A DNA stretch of 64,000 nucleotides from an uncultured Clostridia bacterium (GTDB lineage: Bacteria > Bacillota > Clostridia > Christensenellales > Borkfalkiaceae). The stretch is taken from positions 12,713 to 76,712 of the forward strand of contig CANQXA010000003.1 of NCBI GenBank assembly GCA_947627765.1, in the 5' to 3' direction. The translations under genes were made by a program, and so were the position numbers. Position 1 is the first letter of the stretch. Each line of letters opens with the position of its first letter. A model generated the notes under the pieces. It worked only from the letters and a program-made list of their open reading frames with translations. It made no database searches and had not been told where the DNA came from. Shown piece after piece: positions 54,849 to 63,265 of the stretch.

Positions 54849-55918
54849 AAATCTCGACAAGACAGCTTCTCTTCTTTCTCGCTTGCGTCGCGCCCGTGGG
54901 GAAATTGATCCTGCTCCCCGCCCGTCTCGCCGACGCCGCCCAAAACGACCTGCTCTTTCCCCTTCTTGCCCACTATCTTCTGCAAGCGGGCGCCGTCTTT
55001 TTGGCGCTCCTTCTCGCGCGGCGGGAAGAGAGCTTTACCGAACTCCTCGCGCACGCCTTCGGAAGGACGGGGGCGGCGATCCTCTCCGTTCTCTTCGCCC
55101 TCTTTCTGCTCTTCGCGTCCCTTCTGCCCCTGCTCGAACAAAAACTCTTCGTCCAGAACGTGTTTTACGACACACTGCCCGCGTTCATCGTCTATGCGCC
55201 CTTCTTCCTCTTTACGGCGTACGTCGCGTCCAAGCCGCTCTCCTCCTACGGACGGGTGTGGGACATCCTCGCCCCCCTCTTTCTTGTCGGGCTCGCGGGG
55301 ATCCTCATCCTCTCCGTAGGCAGTAGTGACTTCGGCGCGGTCGCTCCCGCGGGCGCGGCGGGCGGTTCGGGATTTTTGAAGGGCGTCTCTTCCGCATTCA
55401 GCTGGTTCTTCGACGCCGCTCTCCTCCTCCCCCTGCTCGGGAAATTCCGCTATACCAAGGGGCTCGCGTGGAAGGGGGCGCTATGCTATCTTGCGGGCGG
55501 CGCCGCGGTGATCTTCTTCACCGCCGTGTTCTACGGCATCTTTCAGGGGACCGCCGTCAACCAGCTCTTCGGATTCACCGTGACTTCCAAATACTTTCCC
55601 GGCATCGCGATGCTCGGCAGGGTGGACTATCTCTTTATCTTCCTGCTCGCCCTCGTGATGGCGTTCTACAACTCCATGGCGCTTCAAGGGAGCGTGGAAT
55701 GTATGTTGCAAGCGTTCGGGAGGAAGAAATATCTTCCGACCGTGCTCTCCGTGATCGTAAGCGCGGGGATGCTGACCGCCGTCACCCTGCTCGACCGCGG
55801 GTTCAGCGACGTCCTGCTCGGCGTGGGCAAGTGGGCGTTCTGGATCTTCCCGCTCTTCTCCGTCGTCGTCCCCGCGCTCATGCTGCCCCTCGGGAGGAAA
55901 CGCCGTGAAGCTCCGTAA
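54845..55918 (+). CDS. Spore germinant receptor subunit B (GerAB-type APC-superfamily permease)
   Basis: 357 aa, about 10 TM segments. MKISTRQLLFFLACVAPVGKLILLP is a typical GerAB N-terminus. 4-nt overlap with subunit A. Confidence 0.8.
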   Translation: MKISTRQLLFFLACVAPVGKLILLPARLADAAQNDLLFPLLAHYLLQAGAVFLALLLARREESFTELLAHAFGRTGAAILSVLFALFLLFASLLPLLEQKLFVQNVFYDTLPAFIVYAPFFLFTAYVASKPLSSYGRVWDILAPLFLVGLAGILILSVGSSDFGAVAPAGAAGGSGFLKGVSSAFSWFFDAALLLPLLGKFRYTKGLAWKGALCYLAGGAAVIFFTAVFYGIFQGTAVNQLFGFTVTSKYFPGIAMLGRVDYLFIFLLALVMAFYNSMALQGSVECMLQAFGRKKYLPTVLSVIVSAGMLTAVTLLDRGFSDVLLGVGKWAFWIFPLFSVVVPALMLPLGRKRREAP

Positions 55919-57110
55919 ATTTCTGCACACCGTGCCCATGAAACTCTACCTCATCCTCACCGCGGTCATTCTCTTCTCCTTCTTTTCCAACGACTTCTCT
56001 TTGGTAGACATCCAAAAGACGGCGGTCATCCTCGCCGCGGGGATCGACCGCACCGACAGCGGATTCGCCCTGACCGCCCAGCTCGCCGTCCCCAAGGGGG
56101 AGGACCGCACGACGGGCGGCACGTCGTCCGTCGAGATCGAGACGGAGGGCGAGACGGTCTCGGACTGCGTCACCCTCATCTATACGAAGACGGGCTGGGT
56201 GCCCAAGCTCGTCTTCTGCGATCTCATCGTGATCGGGGAGGAGGCGGCGAAAGAGGACGTCGTCTCCTACCTCAACTACTTTTTGCGCAACGACTATATG
56301 CCGGATACCTGTCTTCTCGCCGTCTGCGAGGGCAAGGCGCGCGATCTCATCTCCTCGCAGAGCGCCCTCGAAGATACCTCCTCCCTCGCCGTCTCCCAGC
56401 TCTTTTCGGACGCCGCGCTCAAATCGGGGCGGGTGGTCTCCAAGACGCTCAAAGACTTCGCCATCGACTATTACGGCGTTTCGGCGAGCAGTTGTCTGCC
56501 CTACGTCCGCAAGACGGAACAGCCCGACGGTCAAGGGGGAAGTTCGGGCGGTGCGGGCGGCGGCTCGGGAAGCGCGGGCGCGCAGGATACGGGAAGCGGT
56601 TCGGGCGCGCCCCAAATTTACAGCGCGGAGGAGACAGCCCTCTTCGCGGAGGGGAAACTCGTCGCCGTCCTGCCGAGAGAGCAGACCCTCGCCTACAATC
56701 TCATCGGGGGGAAGGTGGTCTCGGGGACGTTCAACGCCGAAGAAAAGGGAAAACCCATCACGCTGACCGTCATCCGCGACAAGGGCAAGGTAAGCCTGAA
56801 ATTGGAGAAGGAGCCCGTCGCCGAGCTCTCCCTCGATCTCACCTTGCGCCTCTGTTGCCGTAGCATCTCGGCGCCCATCGAAGACATCGCTTCCGACCGG
56901 CTCTCCGACGAGGCGATCCAAAATGCGGGAACGGTCGTCCGCGGCTATCTCGAAGACCTCTTCAAAACGTGCAAAGAGAGCGGTTGCGATCTCTTCCTCC
57001 TCAAACGGAGCCTCTACCGCTCCTCCCTCAAAAAGTTCGCCGCCCGCAAAGACAGCCTGCTCGAAACGGTGACGCCCGAGATCAAAGTCAAAGTCCGTTC
57101 GATGAAATGA
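55905..57110 (+). CDS. Spore germinant receptor subunit C (Ger(x)C family)
   Basis: 401 aa with GTG start. VILAAGIDRTD.., GWVPKLVFCDLIVIGEEAAKEDV.., and C-terminal ..DLFLLKRSLYRSSLKKF.. resemble GerAC. Gene order is A-B-C. Confidence 0.75.
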   Translation: MKLRKFLHTVPMKLYLILTAVILFSFFSNDFSLVDIQKTAVILAAGIDRTDSGFALTAQLAVPKGEDRTTGGTSSVEIETEGETVSDCVTLIYTKTGWVPKLVFCDLIVIGEEAAKEDVVSYLNYFLRNDYMPDTCLLAVCEGKARDLISSQSALEDTSSLAVSQLFSDAALKSGRVVSKTLKDFAIDYYGVSASSCLPYVRKTEQPDGQGGSSGGAGGGSGSAGAQDTGSGSGAPQIYSAEETALFAEGKLVAVLPREQTLAYNLIGGKVVSGTFNAEEKGKPITLTVIRDKGKVSLKLEKEPVAELSLDLTLRLCCRSISAPIEDIASDRLSDEAIQNAGTVVRGYLEDLFKTCKESGCDLFLLKRSLYRSSLKKFAARKDSLLETVTPEIKVKVRSMK

Positions 57111-57148
57111 GCTCCGAAAAAAAAGTAAAAAAAGTTTTTCCCAAACTA

Positions 57149-57176
57149 TTGACAGATCGGCAAAACGTGTTATAAT
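57149..57176 (+). promoter_or_regulatory. Strong sigma-A-type promoter with extended -10, driving a non-coding interval
   Basis: TTGACA (57149-57154), 16 nt, TGtTATAAT (-10 at 57171-57176). A/T-rich tract upstream. Confidence 0.6.
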
Positions 57177-57182
57177 AAAGGC

Positions 57183-57587
57183 ACAAAAGGAAAATAACTA
57201 ACAAGAAACGTTATTTTCCAACAAAGGCGGGATACTCCGATGGAAATGTAAAACACCGGACAAAAAGCTGAGATAACGGACGGGAAAGTTCGTACTCAAA
57301 GAAGGATGCCGCGAAAGCGGCGTCCCGACCCGCGGATTTCATATCGGAGGTACAACGATATGAGTGTCTTTCAAGCCCGAAAGATCAGGTAAAAGGAGGA
57401 TACGCCAATGTACTTCGATAAGAAAGGGGCTGAAACGTAATACCGGAACCGAAGGGACGCGGCAAGCAACAGAACGCGTAAGGCAATGAGCCTGTAGAAG
57501 AACGGGGTTTCGGAACAGACCGATCGCCTCTCTACAACTGAATTTCGGAATAGATTCCCCCCGTGCAGAGCGCGGGGGTTGTTTTTT
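57183..57587 (+). ncRNA. Candidate ~0.4-kb structured non-coding RNA (class unknown), bounded by its own promoter and terminator
   Basis: No + strand ORF of 60 aa or more. Perfect hairpins at 57189-57219, 57270-57297, 57304-57325 (GAAA tetraloop) and 57339-57363. Ends at the terminator 57558-57587. Confidence 0.4.
57558..57587 (+). terminator. Intrinsic terminator of the orphan transcription unit
   Basis: CCCCCGTG-cagag-CGCGGGGG (8 bp including one G-U) followed by TTGTTTTTT. Confidence 0.7.
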
Positions 57588-57654
57588 GCTTCGTTTGCCC
57601 CGCCGCTCCGCCTGCTTCCCCGAAGTGGCAGTAAGTCAGCCGCTTTCCCCCTTC

Positions 57655-57709
57655 TTCGACATTCATAGACCGTTTCCCCTTCGCCCTGCGGGATCTTTTA
57701 TGGTATACT
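57655..57709 (+). promoter_or_regulatory. Candidate spoIIE promoter: Spo0A-box-like TTCGACA plus extended -10, no good -35
   Basis: TTCGACA (57655-57661) is the reverse complement of the 0A box TGTCGAA. TGgTATACT gives a -10 at 57704-57709. The -35 position reads TCGCCC. Confidence 0.35.
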
Positions 57710-57730
57710 GCCCGAAAAAAAGGGGGCATT

Positions 57731-59986
57731 ATGAAACGTCTTCCCCTTCGCTCGGCGCCCAAATATCTTTTGCTCGGCGCGGGAATGGTCTTTTTGAATT
57801 TTGCACTGCCCTGCCGCGAACCGCTCTCCTTCGCGCTCTTCTACGCCGCGCTCTCGTGCGGATTCGATCCCTTCCTTACGTCCGCGCTCTATCTCGCCTC
57901 CTCCGCCGTCTCCCTGACGCTCGCCGCCTCGCTCTCCGCGGCGGTCCAAGCCCTCTTCCTTTTACTTCTCGCCATTCTCTATGCCCGTTTCCGCCGCAAA
58001 CAGGGCTTCGAACGCTTCCTCTTCGCCCTGCTCGCACAGCTCCCCTTTGTCTTTTTGTTCCCCCATACGGGCTATGCACTGCTGCCCATATCCCCCGTCC
58101 TGCAAAAGCTCGTGATCGCGGCGGCGATCCTCCTCTGCTCTGCCCTGTTTGAGGGCGGGCTCAACGCGCTCCTCTGGCGCGCACTGCGTTCCCGCCTCAG
58201 TGCGATCGAGCTGACGGAATTGGTTTTGATGTGGTTACTTACGGGCATGGGTATCCTCTTTTCGCTCGGACCCATCGCTTTCACCTGTCTTTCGCTCGCC
58301 GCACTCCTCGCCTCCGTCCTCGTCTTCGGCACCTCCGCCTGCATTCCTTTTTCCGCCGCCCTGTCCCTGCCCGCCGCCGTCTCTTCTGTCTCTCCCGCCC
58401 CCATCGCCGCCTATGTGGTCTACGCCTCCTTCGCCCTTCTCCTCCTTCCTTACGGAAAATTCGCCGCCGCGCTCTCCCTCCCCCTCGCCCATGCCGCGGC
58501 GATGTACTTCGAAGGACTTTATGCGGGGCCGGTGCTTGCGATCGTATGGAATCTTCTCGCGGGCTTCCTGCCGGCCCTCATCGTCTTTGTGCCCGACCGT
58601 TTCCTCAACCGCCTCAAAAAAACCCTGCTCTTCTACCGCGAACGCTCTCTGCCGCGCATCGCCGTCAACCGCAGCCGCCGCGCCGTCGGGGAACAGCTCT
58701 ACGAGGTATCCGCGCTCTTCCGCGAGATCGAGAGCGCCCTCGCCCTCGACAGCGGTTACGATCCCGCCGAAGGGCTCCGCGGCAAGATCTACTCCTCGCT
58801 CTGCGCGTCTTGCCGCAACCGCCGCTCCTGCGGGGATACGCTCGCCGCCGAACTCGATAAGCTCATCGCGGTCGGCAAGGCGAAGGGGAGCGTCAACCTC
58901 ATCGACCTTCCCCTCGCCCTCTCCTCCAAGTGCGTCAATACGACAGGCCTCCTGTTCTGCGTCAACAAACATCTCGCCGCCTACACCCGCGTTGCGACGG
59001 AGCTCGAAACGGCGCGGGAGGGCAGGATGCTTCTCGCCCGCCAAGCGCACGGGGTGAGCGAGATCCTCAAAAACATGGCGCTCGAACAGAGCGAGGAATA
59101 CGTCTTTACGGAGGAAGAACACATCCTCTCCGCGGCGCTTGCGCGGGAGGGACTGCTCAGTACGGAGATCCTCCTCTACGGCGAGGGCGACCGCATGACG
59201 GTGACCGTCACCCTCGAGAGCAAGGCGAGCGGAAAGCGGCTGGCGCGGATCGCGGGCGAAGCGCTGAAAACTCCCTTCTCGCTCGCCGAAAAGATCCCCC
59301 TCACCGAGGACCGCGCCTGCTTCGTTTTGAGGCGGAAGCCCGAGTTCGACGCGGCGTTCGGCATCGCTTCCCGCCCCAAGGACGGCGAACCCGCGAGCGG
59401 GGATACCCATTCCATCCTCAAAATCGACGAACGCCGTTTCCTCGTCGCCCTCTCGGACGGCATGGGGAGCGGCGAACGGGCGCGGGAGGTCTCCGACCGC
59501 ACCCTCTCCCTGCTCGAGAGCTTCTATAAGGCGAAGATGCCCTCCGAGACCGTCCTTTCCACGGTCAACAACCTCATTGCCTTCTCGTCGGACGAGATCT
59601 TTTCCTGTCTCGACGTCGCCGCCGTCGATCTCGACACGGGGCGCGCGGACGTCGTGAAGATCGGCTCCCCGCCCGCCTTCATCCTCTCGGGGGAAACCTT
59701 GCAGGTGCTCGAAGGGGAATCCCTCCCCATGGGCGCGGTGGAGACCGTCCGCCCCGCCTGTCTCAAAGCCGAGATGAAGCCCGACGACTTCCTCATTCTG
59801 ATGTCCGACGGCGTGACCGCGGCGTTCGGCTCCTCTTCGGAGCTCTGCGCCTATCTCTCCCGTCTCCATCCGCTCAATCCGCAGTCCCTCGCCGAGGAGA
59901 TCTTGAAGTCGGCGCTCGGGCGGTACCGCGGACGGGCGGAGGACGACATGACCGTACTCGCCGTCAAACTTTCGGGGAGCGCATGA
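57731..59986 (+). CDS. spoIIE: Stage II sporulation protein E (membrane PP2C phosphatase)
   Basis: 751 aa. About 10 N-terminal TM helices, a central regulatory region, and a C-terminal PP2C domain (SGDTHSI.., ALSDGMGSGERA, DDMTVLAV). Confidence 0.9.
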   Translation: MKRLPLRSAPKYLLLGAGMVFLNFALPCREPLSFALFYAALSCGFDPFLTSALYLASSAVSLTLAASLSAAVQALFLLLLAILYARFRRKQGFERFLFALLAQLPFVFLFPHTGYALLPISPVLQKLVIAAAILLCSALFEGGLNALLWRALRSRLSAIELTELVLMWLLTGMGILFSLGPIAFTCLSLAALLASVLVFGTSACIPFSAALSLPAAVSSVSPAPIAAYVVYASFALLLLPYGKFAAALSLPLAHAAAMYFEGLYAGPVLAIVWNLLAGFLPALIVFVPDRFLNRLKKTLLFYRERSLPRIAVNRSRRAVGEQLYEVSALFREIESALALDSGYDPAEGLRGKIYSSLCASCRNRRSCGDTLAAELDKLIAVGKAKGSVNLIDLPLALSSKCVNTTGLLFCVNKHLAAYTRVATELETAREGRMLLARQAHGVSEILKNMALEQSEEYVFTEEEHILSAALAREGLLSTEILLYGEGDRMTVTVTLESKASGKRLARIAGEALKTPFSLAEKIPLTEDRACFVLRRKPEFDAAFGIASRPKDGEPASGDTHSILKIDERRFLVALSDGMGSGERAREVSDRTLSLLESFYKAKMPSETVLSTVNNLIAFSSDEIFSCLDVAAVDLDTGRADVVKIGSPPAFILSGETLQVLEGESLPMGAVETVRPACLKAEMKPDDFLILMSDGVTAAFGSSSELCAYLSRLHPLNPQSLAEEILKSALGRYRGRAEDDMTVLAVKLSGSA

Positions 59987-60010
59987 CGCTCCCTTTTTTC
60001 CGCTCTTCTC

Positions 60011-60039
60011 TTTACTTTTTCGGCAAAGTATGCTATACT
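60011..60039 (+). promoter_or_regulatory. Candidate promoter of the ClC gene (near-leaderless)
   Basis: TTTACT (60011-60016), 17 nt, TGcTATACT (-10 at 60034-60039). ATG 60048 is 8 nt after the -10 with no SD. Confidence 0.4.
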
Positions 60040-60047
60040 TCCCTCTG

Positions 60048-61700
60048 ATGAGCGGAAAGGCGTCTTTCAAAGACAAGATCCATTACGGGGTGCAGATTGC
60101 GATCGTGGGCGGGCTTACGGGCGCGTTCGCGGGCGTCGTCGTCACCCTCTATAACGTCTTGGTGGAACTGTGTGAAGAATTTTCACGCGGTTATTATCAT
60201 TTTTTCCGCACCCATCCCGCCTTTTTGCCCCTCCTCTTTCTCGCCCTCTTTTTGGGCGCGATCGTGATCGGGGGCGTTCTGCGCGTCTTGCCCATTCTCC
60301 GCGGAAGCGGCTTCCCGCAGACGGAGGGCGCGACCAAGGGGCTCATCCGCTTCAAATGGTACAACGTCCTCACGGGAATGTTCGCTTCCAGCCTGTTCGT
60401 CGTCTTCATGGGCCTTTCCGCGGGCAGTGAAGGACCGAGCCTCATGATCGGCGGCGCCTGCGGCTACGGTGTGAGCGACGTCCTCCGCCGCAACCCGATC
60501 GTACGCCGCTATCAGATCACGGGCGGCGCGTGCGCGGGGCTTGCGGTCGCGCTCAACGCCCCTCTCACGGGCATGGTATTCGCCTATGAGGAGGCGCATA
60601 AGCGCTTTACGCCCGAGGTGTTCGTCTGCTCCTTCTCCTCCGTCGTCGTCGCGGTCGTCGTGCGCAACCTGCTCCGCCCCGCCGTCGGCATGGGCAAAGC
60701 CGCGCCCTTCCTCGCGGGATTTTCCTTCCCCGTCGATCCCGGGCTCTTTTTCTGCCTCTACGCCCTGCTTGCGTCGCTCATTGTCTCGCTCGCCGGGGTC
60801 GCGTTTTACTTTTTGCTACTACGCGTCCGCCGCGTCTTCAAAAAACTCCGCTTCTTCTTCGGGCTCGGAAAGTATACGATCCCCTTCCTGCTCGCAGGCG
60901 CCGCGGGGCTGATCACCGTCCACGTGATGGGCGGCGGCGTGGAATTTATCCGCGGTCTGACGGGAAACGCCGATACCATGTCCGTGTTCGGGGCCCCGTT
61001 TTGGGCTTCACTCTTGATCATTGTCATCGTCAAATTCCTCGTCACGGTCGCCAATACGGGAGCCGACCTTCCCTGCTGTTCCTCCGTCCCCATGATGGCG
61101 ATGGGCGCGGGGATCGGCGCGCTTTTGCGGCTCGTCTTCGTGAAGATCGGCATGGATCCTTCCGCCGAATACGGCAATCTCCTCGTCGCCCTCTCCATGA
61201 TCACCTTCTTTACGACGGTCGTCAAGGCGCCCATGACGGGCATCATCATGACCGTCGAGATGACGTGGAGCTTCTCCTTCCTTCTGCCCGCCGTGCTGTG
61301 CGTTGCGGTGGGATATTTGGTCGGCAGTCTCTTCCATACCGAACCCCTCTACGAAAAATTGCTCGACGAGATCGTGGAGGAACAGGAACGGGGGAAGGAA
61401 AAACTGCTCGTGCGGGTGCGGGTGGAGGAAGCCGCCGCGGGCAAATATGTCCGCGATATTCTCTGGCCGTACACCGCGCTCGTCACGGGGATCGCACGGG
61501 GCGGGGAGCGCGTCGTACCCAAGGGCGCAACGCAGCTTCTCTTTGGCGACATCCTCACCGTCGAAGGCGAGCCCGAGGACCGCAAAGAGTACCTCTTCGT
61601 GCTCTCTTCTCTCGTCGGACCCGTCCTCGAGAGCAAAACGGCGGATACCATGTCCGAAGACGACGGCTCCGTATCGCAGGATACGGGACCTAAACGATAA
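60048..61700 (+). CDS. ClC-family chloride channel / H+-Cl- antiporter with C-terminal TrkA-C (RCK_C) domain
   Basis: GSGFPQ, GSEGP and NAPLTGMVFAYEE ClC signatures. C-terminus ..ALVTGIARGGERVVPKGATQLLFGDILTVEG. The track start 60030 lies inside the predicted -10, so ATG 60048 is preferred. Confidence 0.85.
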   Translation: MSGKASFKDKIHYGVQIAIVGGLTGAFAGVVVTLYNVLVELCEEFSRGYYHFFRTHPAFLPLLFLALFLGAIVIGGVLRVLPILRGSGFPQTEGATKGLIRFKWYNVLTGMFASSLFVVFMGLSAGSEGPSLMIGGACGYGVSDVLRRNPIVRRYQITGGACAGLAVALNAPLTGMVFAYEEAHKRFTPEVFVCSFSSVVVAVVVRNLLRPAVGMGKAAPFLAGFSFPVDPGLFFCLYALLASLIVSLAGVAFYFLLLRVRRVFKKLRFFFGLGKYTIPFLLAGAAGLITVHVMGGGVEFIRGLTGNADTMSVFGAPFWASLLIIVIVKFLVTVANTGADLPCCSSVPMMAMGAGIGALLRLVFVKIGMDPSAEYGNLLVALSMITFFTTVVKAPMTGIIMTVEMTWSFSFLLPAVLCVAVGYLVGSLFHTEPLYEKLLDEIVEEQERGKEKLLVRVRVEEAAAGKYVRDILWPYTALVTGIARGGERVVPKGATQLLFGDILTVEGEPEDRKEYLFVLSSLVGPVLESKTADTMSEDDGSVSQDTGPKR

Positions 61701-61712
61701 GCGAGGGATCTT

Positions 61713-62684
61713 ATGACAGTTGTCACGGTCGGGGAAATCCTCATGCGGCTTTCCCACACGGCGCTTCGCCGCGCCGACGGATTTGTTGCACATTTCGGGG
61801 GCGCGGAGGCGAATGTCGCAATCGCGCTCGCGGGACTGGGCGTTCAGGCGCGCCATGTCACCGCCCTTCCCGATCACGACCTCGGGCAGGCGGCGTTCGA
61901 CGCATTGAGGCGCTACGGCGTCGATCCCTCCTTCATCCTCCGCGGAGCGGGAAGATTGGGGCTCTACTTCTATGAACGGGGGGCGTCGCTCCGCCCGGGA
62001 AAGGTGATCTACGACCGCGCTGGCTCCCTCTTTTCCCTCCTTCCCCCCTCGGCGTACGATCTTCGCGGCGCGCTTGCGGGCGCCGACTATTTGCACATGA
62101 CGGGCATCACGCCCGCCCTCGGCGAAAACGCGCGCAAGCTGACCTTAGACGCCGTCCGCTTGGCGAAGGAGATGGGCGTCAAGGTCTCTTTCGACCTCAA
62201 TTTCCGCTCCTCCCTCTGGACGGAAGAGGACGCCTTCGCCTTCTTCGAGGCCATTCTCCCCTCCGTCGATCTCCTCACCGCGAGTTCGGACGGGCTCGCC
62301 GTGCTCGGGCAGGAAAACGCGGGGACCGACCTTAAAAAAGCCGAACTCGCCGCCCGCGCGATCGCAAAAAAGTGGGGGATCCCCGCCGTCGCGCTCACGT
62401 TGCGTGAAAGCGTTTCCGCAAACTTCAACCGTCTTTCCGCGCTCTATCTTTCGGACATGGTATACACGTCGCGGGTCTATCCCGTAGAAATCGTAGACCG
62501 TGTGGGCGGAGGCGACGCCTTCTCGGCGGGGCTTTTATATGCCCTCTTGAACCGCGAGGAGAACCCCGCGGAGTTCGCCGCCGCCGCCAACGCTTACAAA
62601 CACACCGTCGAAGGGGACTTCCTCTGCGTCTCCTCCGGCGAGATCCGTGCATTGATGGCGGGCGACGTCCGCATCAGGAGGTGA
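61713..62684 (+). CDS. kdgK: 2-dehydro-3-deoxygluconokinase (PfkB family)
   Basis: VGEILMRL..FGGAEANVAIALAGLG and the C-terminal DRVGGGDAFSAGLLYAL PfkB signature. Followed by eda. Confidence 0.85.
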   Translation: MTVVTVGEILMRLSHTALRRADGFVAHFGGAEANVAIALAGLGVQARHVTALPDHDLGQAAFDALRRYGVDPSFILRGAGRLGLYFYERGASLRPGKVIYDRAGSLFSLLPPSAYDLRGALAGADYLHMTGITPALGENARKLTLDAVRLAKEMGVKVSFDLNFRSSLWTEEDAFAFFEAILPSVDLLTASSDGLAVLGQENAGTDLKKAELAARAIAKKWGIPAVALTLRESVSANFNRLSALYLSDMVYTSRVYPVEIVDRVGGGDAFSAGLLYALLNREENPAEFAAAANAYKHTVEGDFLCVSSGEIRALMAGDVRIRR

Positions 62685-62686
62685 CC

Positions 62687-63265
62687 ATGAAACACGTCAT
62701 TCCCGTCGTAACCCTCCGTACGCGGCAGGATACGCGCCTTCTCTTCGAACTTGCCGAAGGGGGGCTTCCGCTCGCCGAGATCACCTTCCGCACCCCCTAT
62801 GCCGCGGAGGGGATCCGCCTATGCGCGCGGGAATTGCCCTCCGTCTTCGTGGGCGCGGGATCGGTCGTCAACGAGGAGCAGGCAAAGCTCGCCCTCGGCG
62901 CGGGCGCACGCTTTCTCGTCTCGCCCGGGCTCTCCGAACCCATATGCCGCCTTGCGCGGGAGGCGGGCGTCCCCTATCTCCCCTGCGCGGTGACTCCCGC
63001 CGAGATCATGCACGCGCTCGGGCTCGGGATCCAAACCGTCAAGTTCTTCCCCGCCTCGGTCTACGGCGGGATCCAAGCGCTCAAAGCGCTCTCCGCCCCC
63101 TTCCCGACGATGAAATTCGTCCCCACGGGCGGCGTGACGTTGGAAAACCTCAAAGATTACCTCTCGCTCGGATGCGTCGCCGCGGTGGGCGGCAGTTTCA
63201 TGACGGAGGGCGACGTTCGCTCAACCTGCAAAGAGATCCGCAGGATCATGGAGAGCGCCCTATGA
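62687..63265 (+). CDS. eda: KDPG / KHG aldolase
   Basis: ATG 62687, 5 nt after AGGAGG. VIPVVTL.., EITFRTP, GAGSV and KFFPA motifs. Confidence 0.85.
   Translation: MKHVIPVVTLRTRQDTRLLFELAEGGLPLAEITFRTPYAAEGIRLCARELPSVFVGAGSVVNEEQAKLALGAGARFLVSPGLSEPICRLAREAGVPYLPCAVTPAEIMHALGLGIQTVKFFPASVYGGIQALKALSAPFPTMKFVPTGGVTLENLKDYLSLGCVAAVGGSFMTEGDVRSTCKEIRRIMESAL

Noticed and set aside
53316-54860. 514-aa minus-strand ORF. The same reasoning applies to 51991..52665(-), 55878..56921(-), 61008..62096(-), 63157..63972(-), 21352..23025(+), 25026..26108(+), 47645..48799(-), 49407..51257(+), 17920..19371(-) and 18297..19655(+).
   Set aside because: Each is antisense or out of frame relative to a gene with clear family motifs (gerA family, PRT-like, gerC, ClC, GH88, mgtE, LRR lipoprotein, dnaJ, dnaK, murF). 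Their compositions are Arg/Gly/Pro-biased.
57183-57587. Known housekeeping RNAs (RNase P RNA, tmRNA, SRP/4.5S RNA) or a TPP / c-di-AMP riboswitch
   Set aside because: The size is compatible with RNase P or tmRNA, but the GAGGAAAGUCC box, a tRNA-like 3' end with tag ORF, and the SRP domain IV motif are all absent. CUGAGA and AUCAGG fragments occur about 100 nt apart without the TPP pairing partners. No regulated gene follows before the terminator.
58235-60076. 613-aa minus-strand ORF
   Set aside because: Antisense to spoIIE, whose + frame has TM helices and PP2C motifs.
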